Below are positions 9,295 through 18,786 of a stretch of DNA of 64,000 bases, in pieces. The notes beneath the pieces were generated by a model that saw only the letters and a list, made by a program, of their open reading frames with translations, did no database searches and was not told the DNA's origin. Origin of the DNA: Methylotenera sp. (GTDB lineage Bacteria > Pseudomonadota > Gammaproteobacteria > Burkholderiales > Methylophilaceae); contig JANOWN010000028.1 of assembly GCA_031417915.1 (NCBI GenBank), forward strand, positions 26,936 to 90,935, written 5' to 3'. The position numbers and the translations under genes were made by a program. Each line of letters opens with the position of its first letter. Within the stretch, counting starts at the first letter, position 1.

Positions 9295-10326
9295 TTAGGA
9301 AATCTTGCCTGACATAATTACGGGTTGGCTTTGGCCAGTCGCTGTGGTGCTAGGTTCGCTGTTATATTCCACCCATTTTCGAATGCGATTCGCATCACCA
9401 ATACGCGATAATTTTCCGTTAGAATCTAGCAAAACTAAAATCATCGGTTCACCCGCAATAGTCGCCTGCATCACCAAGCAACGCCCTGCCTCATTAATAA
9501 AACCAGTTTTAGACAGGCCAATTTGCCACTCGCCACCGCGTACCAAACCATTGGTATTCACAAAACTCACTGGGTACTCGCGACCTTCAACATAAACTTC
9601 GTGCGATGGGCTAGTAGTAGCTAAGCGAATTTCAGGATACTGATAAGCCGCTTGCACCATTTTAGCCAAATCTTCTGCCGTAGAGACATTTTCACTATCT
9701 AGCCCAGTAGGGTCAGCAAAATGTGTATTTTTTAAACCTAATTCATATGCTTTAAAGTTCATGGCCTTTACAAAAGCAATTCTGCCACCTGGGTAATTAT
9801 GCGCCAACGCAGACGCGGCGCGGTTCTCAGAAGCCATCAAGGCCAGTTGCAACATATCGCTACGGCTCAGTTTAGAACCAACCGACAACCTAGATCTAGT
9901 ACCTTTAAGATAATCAACATCCTCATCCGATACGTAAATTTCGTCATCCAACGATTGTTTCGCATCCAGCATCACCATCGCCGTCATCAGCTTGGTGATG
10001 GAAGCAATTGGCGTAGGCTGATTGGTATTTTTTGCGTAAATGATTTCGCCGCTATTTTGGTTAATAATCAATGCTTTACTGGATGCCAATTGCAAAATTC
10101 CGCTGCCATCGTAATCTTGTCCCAGCATAATTCTTTGTTGATTTGCAATTTGTAACTGACGCGCATGACGGAGCTTAAGGCTAACTTTTTGCCGCTTAGC
10201 CTTGTATTGGCTAGAATATATGCGTTTATGCGATTTTTTTTGTGCAGCCAACAACTCAACTGGCGAAGCAGCCAAAGTCAGCGCAATATAAAATAGCATC
10301 ATTCTTTTAAAAATTAACTTTACCAT
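9295..10326 (-). CDS. pbpG: D-alanyl-D-alanine endopeptidase (PBP7, peptidase S11)
   Basis: SxxK (ASITKL), SxN (SEN) and KTG motifs. Confidence 0.9.
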   Translation of the reverse strand: MVKLIFKRMMLFYIALTLAASPVELLAAQKKSHKRIYSSQYKAKRQKVSLKLRHARQLQIANQQRIMLGQDYDGSGILQLASSKALIINQNSGEIIYAKNTNQPTPIASITKLMTAMVMLDAKQSLDDEIYVSDEDVDYLKGTRSRLSVGSKLSRSDMLQLALMASENRAASALAHNYPGGRIAFVKAMNFKAYELGLKNTHFADPTGLDSENVSTAEDLAKMVQAAYQYPEIRLATTSPSHEVYVEGREYPVSFVNTNGLVRGGEWQIGLSKTGFINEAGRCLVMQATIAGEPMILVLLDSNGKLSRIGDANRIRKWVEYNSEPSTTATGQSQPVIMSGKIS

Positions 10327-10520
10327 TGCTGCATAACCTCGTTAATGTTCGAATTAATATTATACAAATAATAGTTATTTGTCAATAACTTAGCGCCTAT
10401 ATATAAAATAAGTATTAAGATTTATATTTTGTGACATTTTTGATACAAGCACTTATATTCTTACATACGACGTCACTTTATGCGAAAATGTGCCGAACCT
10501 AATTGACCATACTACTTGCT

Positions 10521-10907
10521 ATGAAATTCCCTGAACAATTACTTTATACAGATGAGCATTTATGGGTGCTCCAGGATCCGCATGGATATTGGCTTGCAGG
10601 CATTACCGATTATGCCCAAGATTTGCTTGGTGACATTGTTTTTATCGAGCCACCAAAGCTTGGCGACAAACTAGTGAATGGCAAACCGTGTGGTATTGTG
10701 GAATCGGTGAAAACGGGCTCGGATCTGCATGCGCCTATGAATGGCGTTGTGACGGAAATTAATGAGGATTTATTGAACGCGCCTGAAGGTATTAACGATA
10801 AGCCTTATGCCGCGTGGATATTTAAGTTTAAGACTGATGATGCGCATGAAACAAAGCACTTTTTAAGCGCTACAGCTTACAAAAAACTAGTCGATGACAG
10901 CTTTTAA
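10521..10907 (+). CDS. gcvH: Glycine cleavage H protein / lipoyl carrier (standalone)
   Basis: GITDYAQDLLGDIVFI and VESVK (lipoyl Lys); ATG 10521 preferred over the ORF-finder start. Confidence 0.93.
   Translation: MKFPEQLLYTDEHLWVLQDPHGYWLAGITDYAQDLLGDIVFIEPPKLGDKLVNGKPCGIVESVKTGSDLHAPMNGVVTEINEDLLNAPEGINDKPYAAWIFKFKTDDAHETKHFLSATAYKKLVDDSF
10569..10602 (-). repeat. Intragenic copy of the AATATCCATGC-loop motif in gcvH
   Basis: Reverse complement of 10578-10601 is identical over 24 bp to 43797-43820. Confidence 0.8.
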
Positions 10908-10912
10908 GTAAT

Positions 10913-12148
10913 TTACTTAGGCAACACAAACTTCACTTTAAGCAATAAATCTTGTAGTTCAGACGTTAATTGATTGCGCAAATCGAGCTCTAAGCTTGGC
11001 AGCGATGTGGCCAATATTTGTTGAATATTCTCACGCATCACCTCTTGCACGGCAGGCAAATCGGCGTTAATGGTGGTTAAAAAATCATCGCGCAAATGTA
11101 GGCTTTGAACTGTCATTTCATCCGCAAATTTACCTTTCACATCATCCACCGCAGCCGCATATATGCTAGGGATGGCGTCATTAAAGGTAGTGCCCATTTG
11201 TGACAAAATATCCGCCTGTAGCAAGTTCATTTGCTGCGCCAACTCTTGCTTGGCAGTTTGATTTAATGTCTGATAATTCTCTGCCAGCGCCTCGCTCAAT
11301 TGCGCCTGGTTCTCACTCAGTGCTTGTGCTTGAAACGCCCGCATCTCTTGGCTTAGACTTTCGCCAATTTGGGCTGTAATCGTCTCTTGCTGCTCGGCCA
11401 CTGCGGAGGTATAAATAGACGGCATTGCCTCGTTAAACGTGGCGCGCATTTGTGTCAGCGCTTCGGCCTGCATCGCAGCCAATTGTTGTTGCAGATCAGT
11501 TTTTGCGCTTTGACTGATTGAATGAAAAATAGTATTCAGCTCTTCACCCAAAAGCGCCTGATGATTGCCTAAAGATTGTGCTTGAAAGGTGAGCATTTCT
11601 TGATTTAATTCATGCGCAATGCGTGTGCTGATATCTGTTTTCAGCGCCTCTACATGCGCGCCAATCTCTGCGCTAGCGGCTTGCGCTGAGGTTTGCATCG
11701 CATCAGAAATCGTCGCATCAAATTTCGAAATCGCATCCGTTTGTAAGGCAGAAATACTCTCCGAAAGATTATTTAGCACCAAATCTGCACTGGCTTGATA
11801 CATACGGGGCAAGTCCGTTTTCAGGTCGGCCTTAGTTCTATCGACAAAATCAACCGTTCTAGATTCAATCGCCGCTTGCGTGGTCACTATTTCATCCTGC
11901 AGCGCTTGAATTAAATCTTTTTTAAGCGCGTCACGCACTCTTTCTGTCACCGTCTTGGTAATATCAGCTTCTAATCTAGGCTTGATGTGTGAGGCAATGC
12001 GCGCAATTAATTCTGGCGTAATTAAAGTGGCATCATCCTGCCGAGGTTTTAAGTCAACCCAATCACTAGGCCTATATTCACTAGGTTTTGGCTCGCTGGC
12101 TTTTGGTTGATAAACATCGGTTAATAATGGTATTTTTTTATCTGCCAC
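10913..12148 (-). CDS. Hypothetical helical/coiled-coil protein with an internal 84-aa tandem repeat
   Basis: IPLLTDV N-terminal motif (DUF2486-like position after holC); Q/A/L/E-rich; two QEM...PSIY repeats. Confidence 0.8.
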   Translation of the reverse strand: MADKKIPLLTDVYQPKASEPKPSEYRPSDWVDLKPRQDDATLITPELIARIASHIKPRLEADITKTVTERVRDALKKDLIQALQDEIVTTQAAIESRTVDFVDRTKADLKTDLPRMYQASADLVLNNLSESISALQTDAISKFDATISDAMQTSAQAASAEIGAHVEALKTDISTRIAHELNQEMLTFQAQSLGNHQALLGEELNTIFHSISQSAKTDLQQQLAAMQAEALTQMRATFNEAMPSIYTSAVAEQQETITAQIGESLSQEMRAFQAQALSENQAQLSEALAENYQTLNQTAKQELAQQMNLLQADILSQMGTTFNDAIPSIYAAAVDDVKGKFADEMTVQSLHLRDDFLTTINADLPAVQEVMRENIQQILATSLPSLELDLRNQLTSELQDLLLKVKFVLPK

Positions 12149-12173
12149 AATAATCTCTATTCAAATCAGGTCT

Positions 12174-12617
12174 CTATTCAATCTTATTTTGCGCATGATC
12201 GATGCTCTTAATATCGTAACCTCTATCGCGATAAAACTTAAAGCGCGCGCGCGCCGCTAGCTTGTCCTGCGCATTTTCGCCCACCAGCTCTACCAACTGC
12301 GTAAATCGACTAAAAAAACTAGGTTCATTTGCCGTTAAATTAATCAACATATCATCATGCATTAAATTATTTATTAAATCACTGCCCTGCAAGCCAATAA
12401 CCACGGGGGTTGCAGCGGCATGCAAATGATCTAATTGTACATTAGGCAAAAAACTTTCAGGCTTATTTTGCCACAAACTCGCACTCATATCACTCGCCAT
12501 TTGCTCATCCGCTGCCAAAAGCATGACTTGGCGACGCTTTAATAACGCCGATTGCACCAAACTTGCGATGGCTTGTTGCTTATCCGCTACGTTAAAATAA
12601 AATTCAATGCGCGTCAT
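12174..12617 (-). CDS. holC: DNA polymerase III chi subunit
   Basis: MTRIEFYFN, LW...SFLP, LINL and ARARFKFYRDRGY; follows pepA. Confidence 0.93.
   Translation of the reverse strand: MTRIEFYFNVADKQQAIASLVQSALLKRRQVMLLAADEQMASDMSASLWQNKPESFLPNVQLDHLHAAATPVVIGLQGSDLINNLMHDDMLINLTANEPSFFSRFTQLVELVGENAQDKLAARARFKFYRDRGYDIKSIDHAQNKIE
12383..12421 (+). repeat. Intragenic copy of the AATATCCATGC-loop hairpin in holC
   Basis: TGCCCTGCAAGCC-AATAACCACGG-GGGTTGCAGCGGCAT; both arms retained. Confidence 0.85.
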
Positions 12618-14101
12618 TATTTACTATTGGAGCGATTCACTAAAAATGTGGTCAATAACGGAACAGGTCGTCCCGTCCCGCCTTTTTCTTTGCCACTTTT
12701 CCAAGCTGTACCTGCAATATCCAAATGCGCCCAATCATATTTTTTGGTAAATCGCGACAAAAAACACGCCGCGGTAATACTGCCTCCAGCACGCCCGCCT
12801 ATATTGGCCATATCGGCAAAGTTGCTATCCAGCTGGCTTTGAAATTCTTCCCACAAAGGCATGTGCCAAGCGCGATCATGCGATTTCTCGCCTGCGGCTA
12901 ATAACTCATACGCCAGCGCATCTTTATTGCTAAACAAGCCGCTTGGATGATGCCCAAGCGCGATGACGCACGCGCCTGTCAGCGTAGCGATATCTACCAC
13001 CGCACTCGGCTCAAATCTTTCAGCATAGGTCAGCGCATCGCATAAAATCAAGCGGCCTTCGGCGTCAGTATTTAAAACCTCAATGGTTTGGCCAGACATA
13101 CTCGTTAAAATATCGCCTGGTTTAATCGCGCCCGCATCTGGCATATTCTCGCAAGTGGCGATTAAACCAATCGCATTAATGGCCAAATTCATTTCGCCGA
13201 TCGCCTTGAAAGTGCCTAAAACACTGGCTGCGCCGCACATATCATATTTCATTTCGTCCATGTCGCCGCCAGGTTTTAGCGAAATACCGCCCGTATCGAA
13301 CGTGATGCCTTTGCCCACCAGCACGGTCGGTTTGGCACCTTTTTTGCCTTTTAAATGCTGCAAAATAATAAAGCGTGGTGGTTCCACACTGCCTTGTGCA
13401 ACGCCCAAAAACGAACCCATGCCGAGTTTTTCGATTTCATTTTTCTCTAACACTTCGACCTTAAAGCCGTAAGCTTTAGCGAGTTTTTTAGCTTGTTCGC
13501 CCAAATAAGTTGGCGTGCAAATATTCGGCGGCAAATTGCCTAAGTCTTTGGCTAGGCTTACGCCAGCACTAATCGCCAAGCCATGTTTTACGCCTGCTTC
13601 AGCTTGTGCTGTTTCAGATTTTTCAATACAAATCGCCAATTTAGTTAAGGCTTTTGGCTCGGCCTTTTTAAGTTTTATCGCGTTCACTTGATAAGTCGCA
13701 TCCATCACCACTTCGACCAATTGCGCGACTTTAGTGTGGATATCCGATTTCTTAATGGCAATTTCTGCCAAGCAAAAAATTGCGCTAGCAACACCTTTTG
13801 GCAATGCTTTAACGGCAGCCCGCACCGCTTGGCGATAATTTTTCTCTGTAAATTCTGCTTGCTTGCCCAAGCCCACCAATAAAACACGCGTGGCGGCAAC
13901 GCCCGCCACATTGTGTAGCGCCAAAGTGGCGTTTAGTTTGCCGTCCATATCACCGCTTTTTAATACCGCGCTAATCGCCTTATTAGAGGCGGCATCTAAA
14001 CTTTTTGCAGCATCAGTTGCCTTACTGCCTTCAAATATGCCTACAATCACACAATCGGTGCGTTGTTTTTCAGGATTTCCGTTTATTATGCTAAATTCCA
14101 T
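12617..14101 (-). CDS. pepA: Leucyl aminopeptidase (M17)
   Basis: GKGITFDTGGISLKP, MKYDMCGAA and NTDAEGRL motifs. Confidence 0.97.
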   Translation of the reverse strand: MEFSIINGNPEKQRTDCVIVGIFEGSKATDAAKSLDAASNKAISAVLKSGDMDGKLNATLALHNVAGVAATRVLLVGLGKQAEFTEKNYRQAVRAAVKALPKGVASAIFCLAEIAIKKSDIHTKVAQLVEVVMDATYQVNAIKLKKAEPKALTKLAICIEKSETAQAEAGVKHGLAISAGVSLAKDLGNLPPNICTPTYLGEQAKKLAKAYGFKVEVLEKNEIEKLGMGSFLGVAQGSVEPPRFIILQHLKGKKGAKPTVLVGKGITFDTGGISLKPGGDMDEMKYDMCGAASVLGTFKAIGEMNLAINAIGLIATCENMPDAGAIKPGDILTSMSGQTIEVLNTDAEGRLILCDALTYAERFEPSAVVDIATLTGACVIALGHHPSGLFSNKDALAYELLAAGEKSHDRAWHMPLWEEFQSQLDSNFADMANIGGRAGGSITAACFLSRFTKKYDWAHLDIAGTAWKSGKEKGGTGRPVPLLTTFLVNRSNSK

Positions 14102-14198
14102 TTCAGTCCTTTTAACTTTTTTATCGGGTGATTACTTTAATAACTAATTATCTAGCGTTTTGACTCGAAATCAAAGCGTAAATTGCACAAAATTTAAA

Positions 14199-15314
14199 TT
14201 GAAAATATTCAAAAAATCTTTATCGCATGAGCTTATAAGCACCGCTGGCGCGATGTTCTTGATACTTATCGGCATTGTCATCGCGCAACGCGCGGGCTTT
14301 TTGGTGCAACTCGCCGCAAAAGGCATCTTGCCGAATGACGCCATTAATACTTTGCTTGGGTTTAACATGGTGAAATTTTTGCCGATGATTTTATCTTTAA
14401 GTATTTTTTTGTCGGTTCTACTTACGCTTTCGCGCTGGCACCGCGATTCTGAAATGGTGATTTGGTTTAGCGCCGGACTTGGGCTTAATAGCTGGATACG
14501 CCCTATTTTAACGTTTGCCATACCAGTAGTGGCGATTATTACGCTACTTAGCTTGTGGGTGATGCCTTGGGCCACGCAAAAAGGCCAAGATTACAAAGTA
14601 CAGCTTAAAGCGCGAGATGAGCTGTCATCGATTACCCCAGGCGTATTTAAAGAATCGAACAGTGGCGACCGCGTGTATTTTGTAGAAAGCTTTGATGAGC
14701 TTGGCAATGTGGTTAAAAATATCTTCGTACAATCTAGCCAACACCAAAAAACTGGCGTGGTAGTTGCCAGCATTGGTAGCCGCAAAAAAGAAAAAAATGA
14801 CGATAATTTTCTGGTGCTCGAAAAAGGTCGCCGCTATGAAGGCGAGCCAAACTCCGCTGAGGTTTCCACTACCGAATTTGAGCGTTATGCGATTCGCGTG
14901 CAAACTAAAGAGGCTGCGCCAGAGCCGTATACAAGGCAGGCCATACCCACCAAACAGTTATTGCAAGACACGGATTCTGGCAATAAAGCCGAACTACAAT
15001 GGCGCTTGGCCATACCCATTTCTGCGCTAATATTAGTGCTGCTGGCAATTCCTTTAAGTTTTGTTGATCCGCGTGCTGGGCGCTCGCTCAACGTTATTTT
15101 TGCGATATTCATTTATATCATCTACAGCAATATCTTAAGTATTTTTCAAGCCTGGATCACGCAAGGTAGGCTGAACGCCATGATAGGCTTGTGGCCAGTG
15201 CATTTGTTTTTCTTAGCGCTTACTTTTTACATGTTTTATAGACGCAACCATTTACTGCCCTTACTGCCGAAACTTCCTTTTAGCTTTTCTGGCTTATGGA
15301 AAAAAGCAAAATGA
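14199..15314 (+). CDS. lptF: LPS export ABC permease LptF
   Basis: YjgP/Q family; divergent from pepA; DSEM, GRRYEG and ELQWR motifs; start approximate (TTG). Confidence 0.92.
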   Translation: MKIFKKSLSHELISTAGAMFLILIGIVIAQRAGFLVQLAAKGILPNDAINTLLGFNMVKFLPMILSLSIFLSVLLTLSRWHRDSEMVIWFSAGLGLNSWIRPILTFAIPVVAIITLLSLWVMPWATQKGQDYKVQLKARDELSSITPGVFKESNSGDRVYFVESFDELGNVVKNIFVQSSQHQKTGVVVASIGSRKKEKNDDNFLVLEKGRRYEGEPNSAEVSTTEFERYAIRVQTKEAAPEPYTRQAIPTKQLLQDTDSGNKAELQWRLAIPISALILVLLAIPLSFVDPRAGRSLNVIFAIFIYIIYSNILSIFQAWITQGRLNAMIGLWPVHLFFLALTFYMFYRRNHLLPLLPKLPFSFSGLWKKAK

Positions 15315-16399
15315 AGATTTTTAACCGTTATTTTTGGCAAGAAACCAGCATCAATATTTTGATGATTATGCTGGGCTTACTGGCGATGTTCTCGTTTTTT
15401 GATTTAATTCAAGAGCTCGACAGCCTTGGCCAAGGCAATTATGGCCTCAGCAAAATGTTAGTCTTCGTGCTATTGAGTATTCCTGGCCATATTTATGACG
15501 TGGTGCCTGTGGCGGTGTTGGTGGGCATGATGTATAGCCTGGGAACGCTAGCGCGCAATTCCGAGCTGATTGTGATGCGTGTCAGTGGTTTATCGTTATT
15601 CGATATTGGCTTTATTCTTATCAAAGTTGGTTTGCTATTCACGGTGATTACTTTTTTAGTAGGCGAGCTCATAACACCAATTAGCGAAAAAATGGCGCAG
15701 CGCATGCGTATTAAAGCCACCGATTCCGTCGTCGCGCAAGATTTTAGATCTGGCTTATGGGTAAAAGATGGCAAAAGTTTTGTGAATGTGGAAACGGTGC
15801 TGCCAGACGCGAGTTTATTGAATGTGCATATTTATGAGTTTGATGAAAACTTTAAATTACGTAGCATTAGCATCGCCAAAAAAGGTGATTATGCAGCTGA
15901 GCGTTGGGGCTTAAGCGACGTCACGCAAACCAAATTTAACACCTTTAAAAAAATTGAGGACAATAATATACAAACCCAATTTTTTAACAAAGCCAACTGG
16001 AAATCGCTGATTCGCCCAGAGTTACTTAATGTGCTACTAGTAGCGCCAGAGAAAATGTCAGCCTGGAATTTATACTCATTTATCAATCACTTAGAAACCA
16101 ACAAACAAAAAACTACACGCTATGAAGTTGCGCTTTGGTCGAAAATGATTTATCCCTTGGCGTGCATGGTGATGGTGATTTTGGCGCTACCATTTGGCTT
16201 TTTGCAACAACGTTCTGGCGGCACCAGCGCCAAATTATTTATTGGCGTTTTACTCGGCGTGGCCTACCAAATTATGAACCGCATATTTATCCATTTAGGT
16301 GTACTCAATGATTGGCCGCCTTTAATGAGTGCGATTGCGCCAACCATACTATTTTTAATTGCGGGCTTGAGCCTACTGTTTGTAATCGAGCGCAGATAG
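15311..16399 (+). CDS. lptG: LPS export ABC permease LptG
   Basis: LARNSELIVMRVSG, GLWVKDG and YPL motifs; follows lptF. Confidence 0.93.
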   Translation: MKIFNRYFWQETSINILMIMLGLLAMFSFFDLIQELDSLGQGNYGLSKMLVFVLLSIPGHIYDVVPVAVLVGMMYSLGTLARNSELIVMRVSGLSLFDIGFILIKVGLLFTVITFLVGELITPISEKMAQRMRIKATDSVVAQDFRSGLWVKDGKSFVNVETVLPDASLLNVHIYEFDENFKLRSISIAKKGDYAAERWGLSDVTQTKFNTFKKIEDNNIQTQFFNKANWKSLIRPELLNVLLVAPEKMSAWNLYSFINHLETNKQKTTRYEVALWSKMIYPLACMVMVILALPFGFLQQRSGGTSAKLFIGVLLGVAYQIMNRIFIHLGVLNDWPPLMSAIAPTILFLIAGLSLLFVIERR

Positions 16400-16408
16400 C
16401 CGAACGGG

Positions 16409-16822
16409 CTAAGCTATCTGAATAAAGCGCGTTTTCAGCAATCTGTCGTGTAAAAACAAACCGTCTTTATCTATTAAAATCCAAATAAACCCTGCCCCAC
16501 AAACCAATAGGGACAAGCTTACCAGGGCATATCTAACGAATGCTTGTTGCGTGCTTAACATTGTGTTTTGCTGATTAATGAGCTTGATTTTCCAAGTTTT
16601 GCTGGCTAAAGTTTGTCCAGTTTTACACCAACACCACACAAAATAAACGCCAGTGACTAACCATAAAAAGCCCTGCAAAACATAACGTTTATGGCCGCTT
16701 GTCGCGTCACCAAATAAGCGCACAAAAATCCAAGTGCACAGCATCCATAGCGCTAGCAGCAATAGCAACTCGTAAACGCAAGCGGCAAAAAGTTTAAAGC
16801 GAGTTGCATTTTTAACAATCAT
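16409..16822 (-). CDS. RDD family membrane protein
   Basis: YE-LLL, GQTLASKTWKI and LHDRL motifs. Confidence 0.85.
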   Translation of the reverse strand: MIVKNATRFKLFAACVYELLLLLALWMLCTWIFVRLFGDATSGHKRYVLQGFLWLVTGVYFVWCWCKTGQTLASKTWKIKLINQQNTMLSTQQAFVRYALVSLSLLVCGAGFIWILIDKDGLFLHDRLLKTRFIQIA

Positions 16823-16839
16823 CTATTCATTCTGGGCAT

Positions 16840-16869
16840 AAAAAAGCCCACTATAAAACAGCAGGCTTT
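16840..16869 (-). terminator. Intrinsic terminator after the DUF3106 gene
   Basis: AAAGCCTGCTG-TTTT-ATAGTGGGCTTT followed by a T-tract on the minus strand. Confidence 0.6.
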
Positions 16870-16887
16870 AACTTACTAGGCAAAAGA

Positions 16888-17415
16888 TTATTCCAAATCT
16901 GGCTCGTATTCCCAATCGATTGATTCTTTACGCAATTTTTCGCGCTCGGCTTCAGGTAATTTTTGATGCTCGGACCATTTTTGGCGCACTTCGTCTCTTT
17001 TTTCTGGGCTTAGCGAATAAAAGTGCTGATAACGTTTACGTGCATTTTCGCGCTCATAAGGCGTCATGCGGCTCCAGCTATTCAAGCGTTTTTGCACGCG
17101 CTGTTGTTTTTGCGCATCCATTTTTGGGTAATCTTTGGCAATATCCAACATTTTTTCACGTTGCCAAGGCCTAAGCGTATTCCACTCAGCACCTAATGGT
17201 GTCAAAACTTTACGTTGATCTTCAGTGAGTTGTTGCCAAGTTTGGGAGGACACATCATTGCTAGCGCTATCGTTTAGCGATGATTTAACGCTACCAATGT
17301 CGCCCATAGCCAATTGTGTGTGTGGCGCCAAATTGGCCAGCTCTCTACTATTAGCAAGCTCGCCCGCTTGCAGGCTGCTTGCGACTAAGGCCAACAGGAA
17401 TAAAAATTTATTCAT
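16888..17415 (-). CDS. DUF3106 family periplasmic protein
   Basis: Signal peptide; W-x2-L-T/S-x2-Q/E helical repeats; ECF cluster context. Confidence 0.8.
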   Translation of the reverse strand: MNKFLFLLALVASSLQAGELANSRELANLAPHTQLAMGDIGSVKSSLNDSASNDVSSQTWQQLTEDQRKVLTPLGAEWNTLRPWQREKMLDIAKDYPKMDAQKQQRVQKRLNSWSRMTPYERENARKRYQHFYSLSPEKRDEVRQKWSEHQKLPEAEREKLRKESIDWEYEPDLE

Positions 17416-17443
17416 TGATTATATTAAGTTCAAAAGTATTTAA

Positions 17444-17854
17444 TTATAACTTAGCTTGTGAATGATTGAGAAAAGGTTCAAAACCTCTGTCTACAAAGGC
17501 TTCTGGTGGCAAATCTGCACCCAATAAAAACGCGTCGCTAGATTCTCTGTGATTTAAAGACTGCATGATGACAAAGCCAGCAATAATTGCCACTAGCACT
17601 AAGCCACTGCTTGCAATGCGATGATGATCTGCCCATGCGGAAATGCTCGATAATGTGCCATCGTGATTGACGCTGACGCCAGAAATTTGTTGCGCATGTA
17701 CTTTTACTGCGCGCGCGCGGCCATTTTCAAGCTGCTTGAGCGTGCGCATGCTCAAACGCTTGGCGTGTGCATCTAGCAAGCCAGCAATCTGCTTGGCCTG
17801 CAAATCAATACTCTGTGTATCTATTTCACTTTCTTGTAAATTGTCTATGTTCAT
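17444..17854 (-). CDS. DUF3619 family protein (putative anti-sigma factor)
   Basis: RL-x2-GR-RA, one TM segment, LL-DLPP-AFVD-GF; downstream of an ECF sigma. Confidence 0.8.
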   Translation of the reverse strand: MNIDNLQESEIDTQSIDLQAKQIAGLLDAHAKRLSMRTLKQLENGRARAVKVHAQQISGVSVNHDGTLSSISAWADHHRIASSGLVLVAIIAGFVIMQSLNHRESSDAFLLGADLPPEAFVDRGFEPFLNHSQAKL

Positions 17855-18441
17855 GTCTCTACTCCTAATTGCGCGATTGCTCTACTACCTAAACCTTGCT
17901 TTTCTAATATGGCCGCTAAACTGTGTACAGCGCGCGAACAGTGCGTTTTGACGCTACCTTGCGAGCAGCCCATCATTGCCGCGGTTTCTGCAACATCCAT
18001 GTCCTCCCAATAACGCAATACGAAGGCTTCTCGTTGACGTGCAGGTAGCTTTTCAAGCGCTCTTTCAATGATCCTCATGGTTTGGCTACGCTCAAGCCGA
18101 ATGGCGGGGTTGGTGCCTTCATCTTCCACATCAATCGAGTCCAGCGGATCATGGTCATCTTCGCCATCCTTACCCGCACCAAAGGAAGAAAGCAGCGTTG
18201 TCCACAGGTTGCGCACTTTTTGACGACGCCAAAAATCGCGCATGGTATTTTGCAAAATACGCTGAAACAACATAGGGTACTCAGCAACAGGTTTATCGGC
18301 GTATTTTTCCGCCAGCTTTAACATGGCATCTTGCACAATATCCAGCGCAGCGTGATCATCGCGCACAGCATATACCGTTTGCTTAAACGCGCGCCGCTCT
18401 ACATCCCGCAAAAAATCTGATAGTTCTTGTGAACTTGCCAT
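17851..18441 (-). CDS. ECF RNA polymerase sigma factor
   Basis: DIVQDAMLKL, LPARQREAFVLRYWE and GSVKTHCSRA motifs. Confidence 0.93.
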   Translation of the reverse strand: MASSQELSDFLRDVERRAFKQTVYAVRDDHAALDIVQDAMLKLAEKYADKPVAEYPMLFQRILQNTMRDFWRRQKVRNLWTTLLSSFGAGKDGEDDHDPLDSIDVEDEGTNPAIRLERSQTMRIIERALEKLPARQREAFVLRYWEDMDVAETAAMMGCSQGSVKTHCSRAVHSLAAILEKQGLGSRAIAQLGVET

Positions 18442-18567
18442 GAGATTTGTTATTTAATTGGTAATGCAAGTATAGCAGTTTTAAGCTTTATTCTTAGCCA
18501 GTTTGTAATCGCCTAGCTTTTGGTTACAATCCATATACTTGGTTCAATTTGGAATTGATAAACAACT

Positions 18568-18786
18568 ATGGCGCGCATTCTAATACTCATTATTTTAGTT
18601 TGGATTTTATACCAAATTATTAAGCGACTCATTGCAAACACTAAACCTGAAGCCACTTCTAAGCCAGAAGAAAACTTTGTGCAATGTGCTCGCTGTGGTT
18701 GTCATGTGCCAACAACTGAAAGCCAACTGTTAGATAAAAAAATTATTTGTAATAACCCAGAATGTCAAAACCCTCATGGCGATTGA
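18568..18786 (+). CDS. PP0621 family small membrane protein
   Basis: N-terminal TM; CARCGCHVP...C motif; conserved upstream of pilS. Confidence 0.85.
   Translation: MARILILIILVWILYQIIKRLIANTKPEATSKPEENFVQCARCGCHVPTTESQLLDKKIICNNPECQNPHGD

Noticed and set aside
10327-10520. Possible glycine riboswitch upstream of gcvH
   Set aside because: Region is AT-rich and lacks the conserved aptamer motifs; looks like a divergent promoter.
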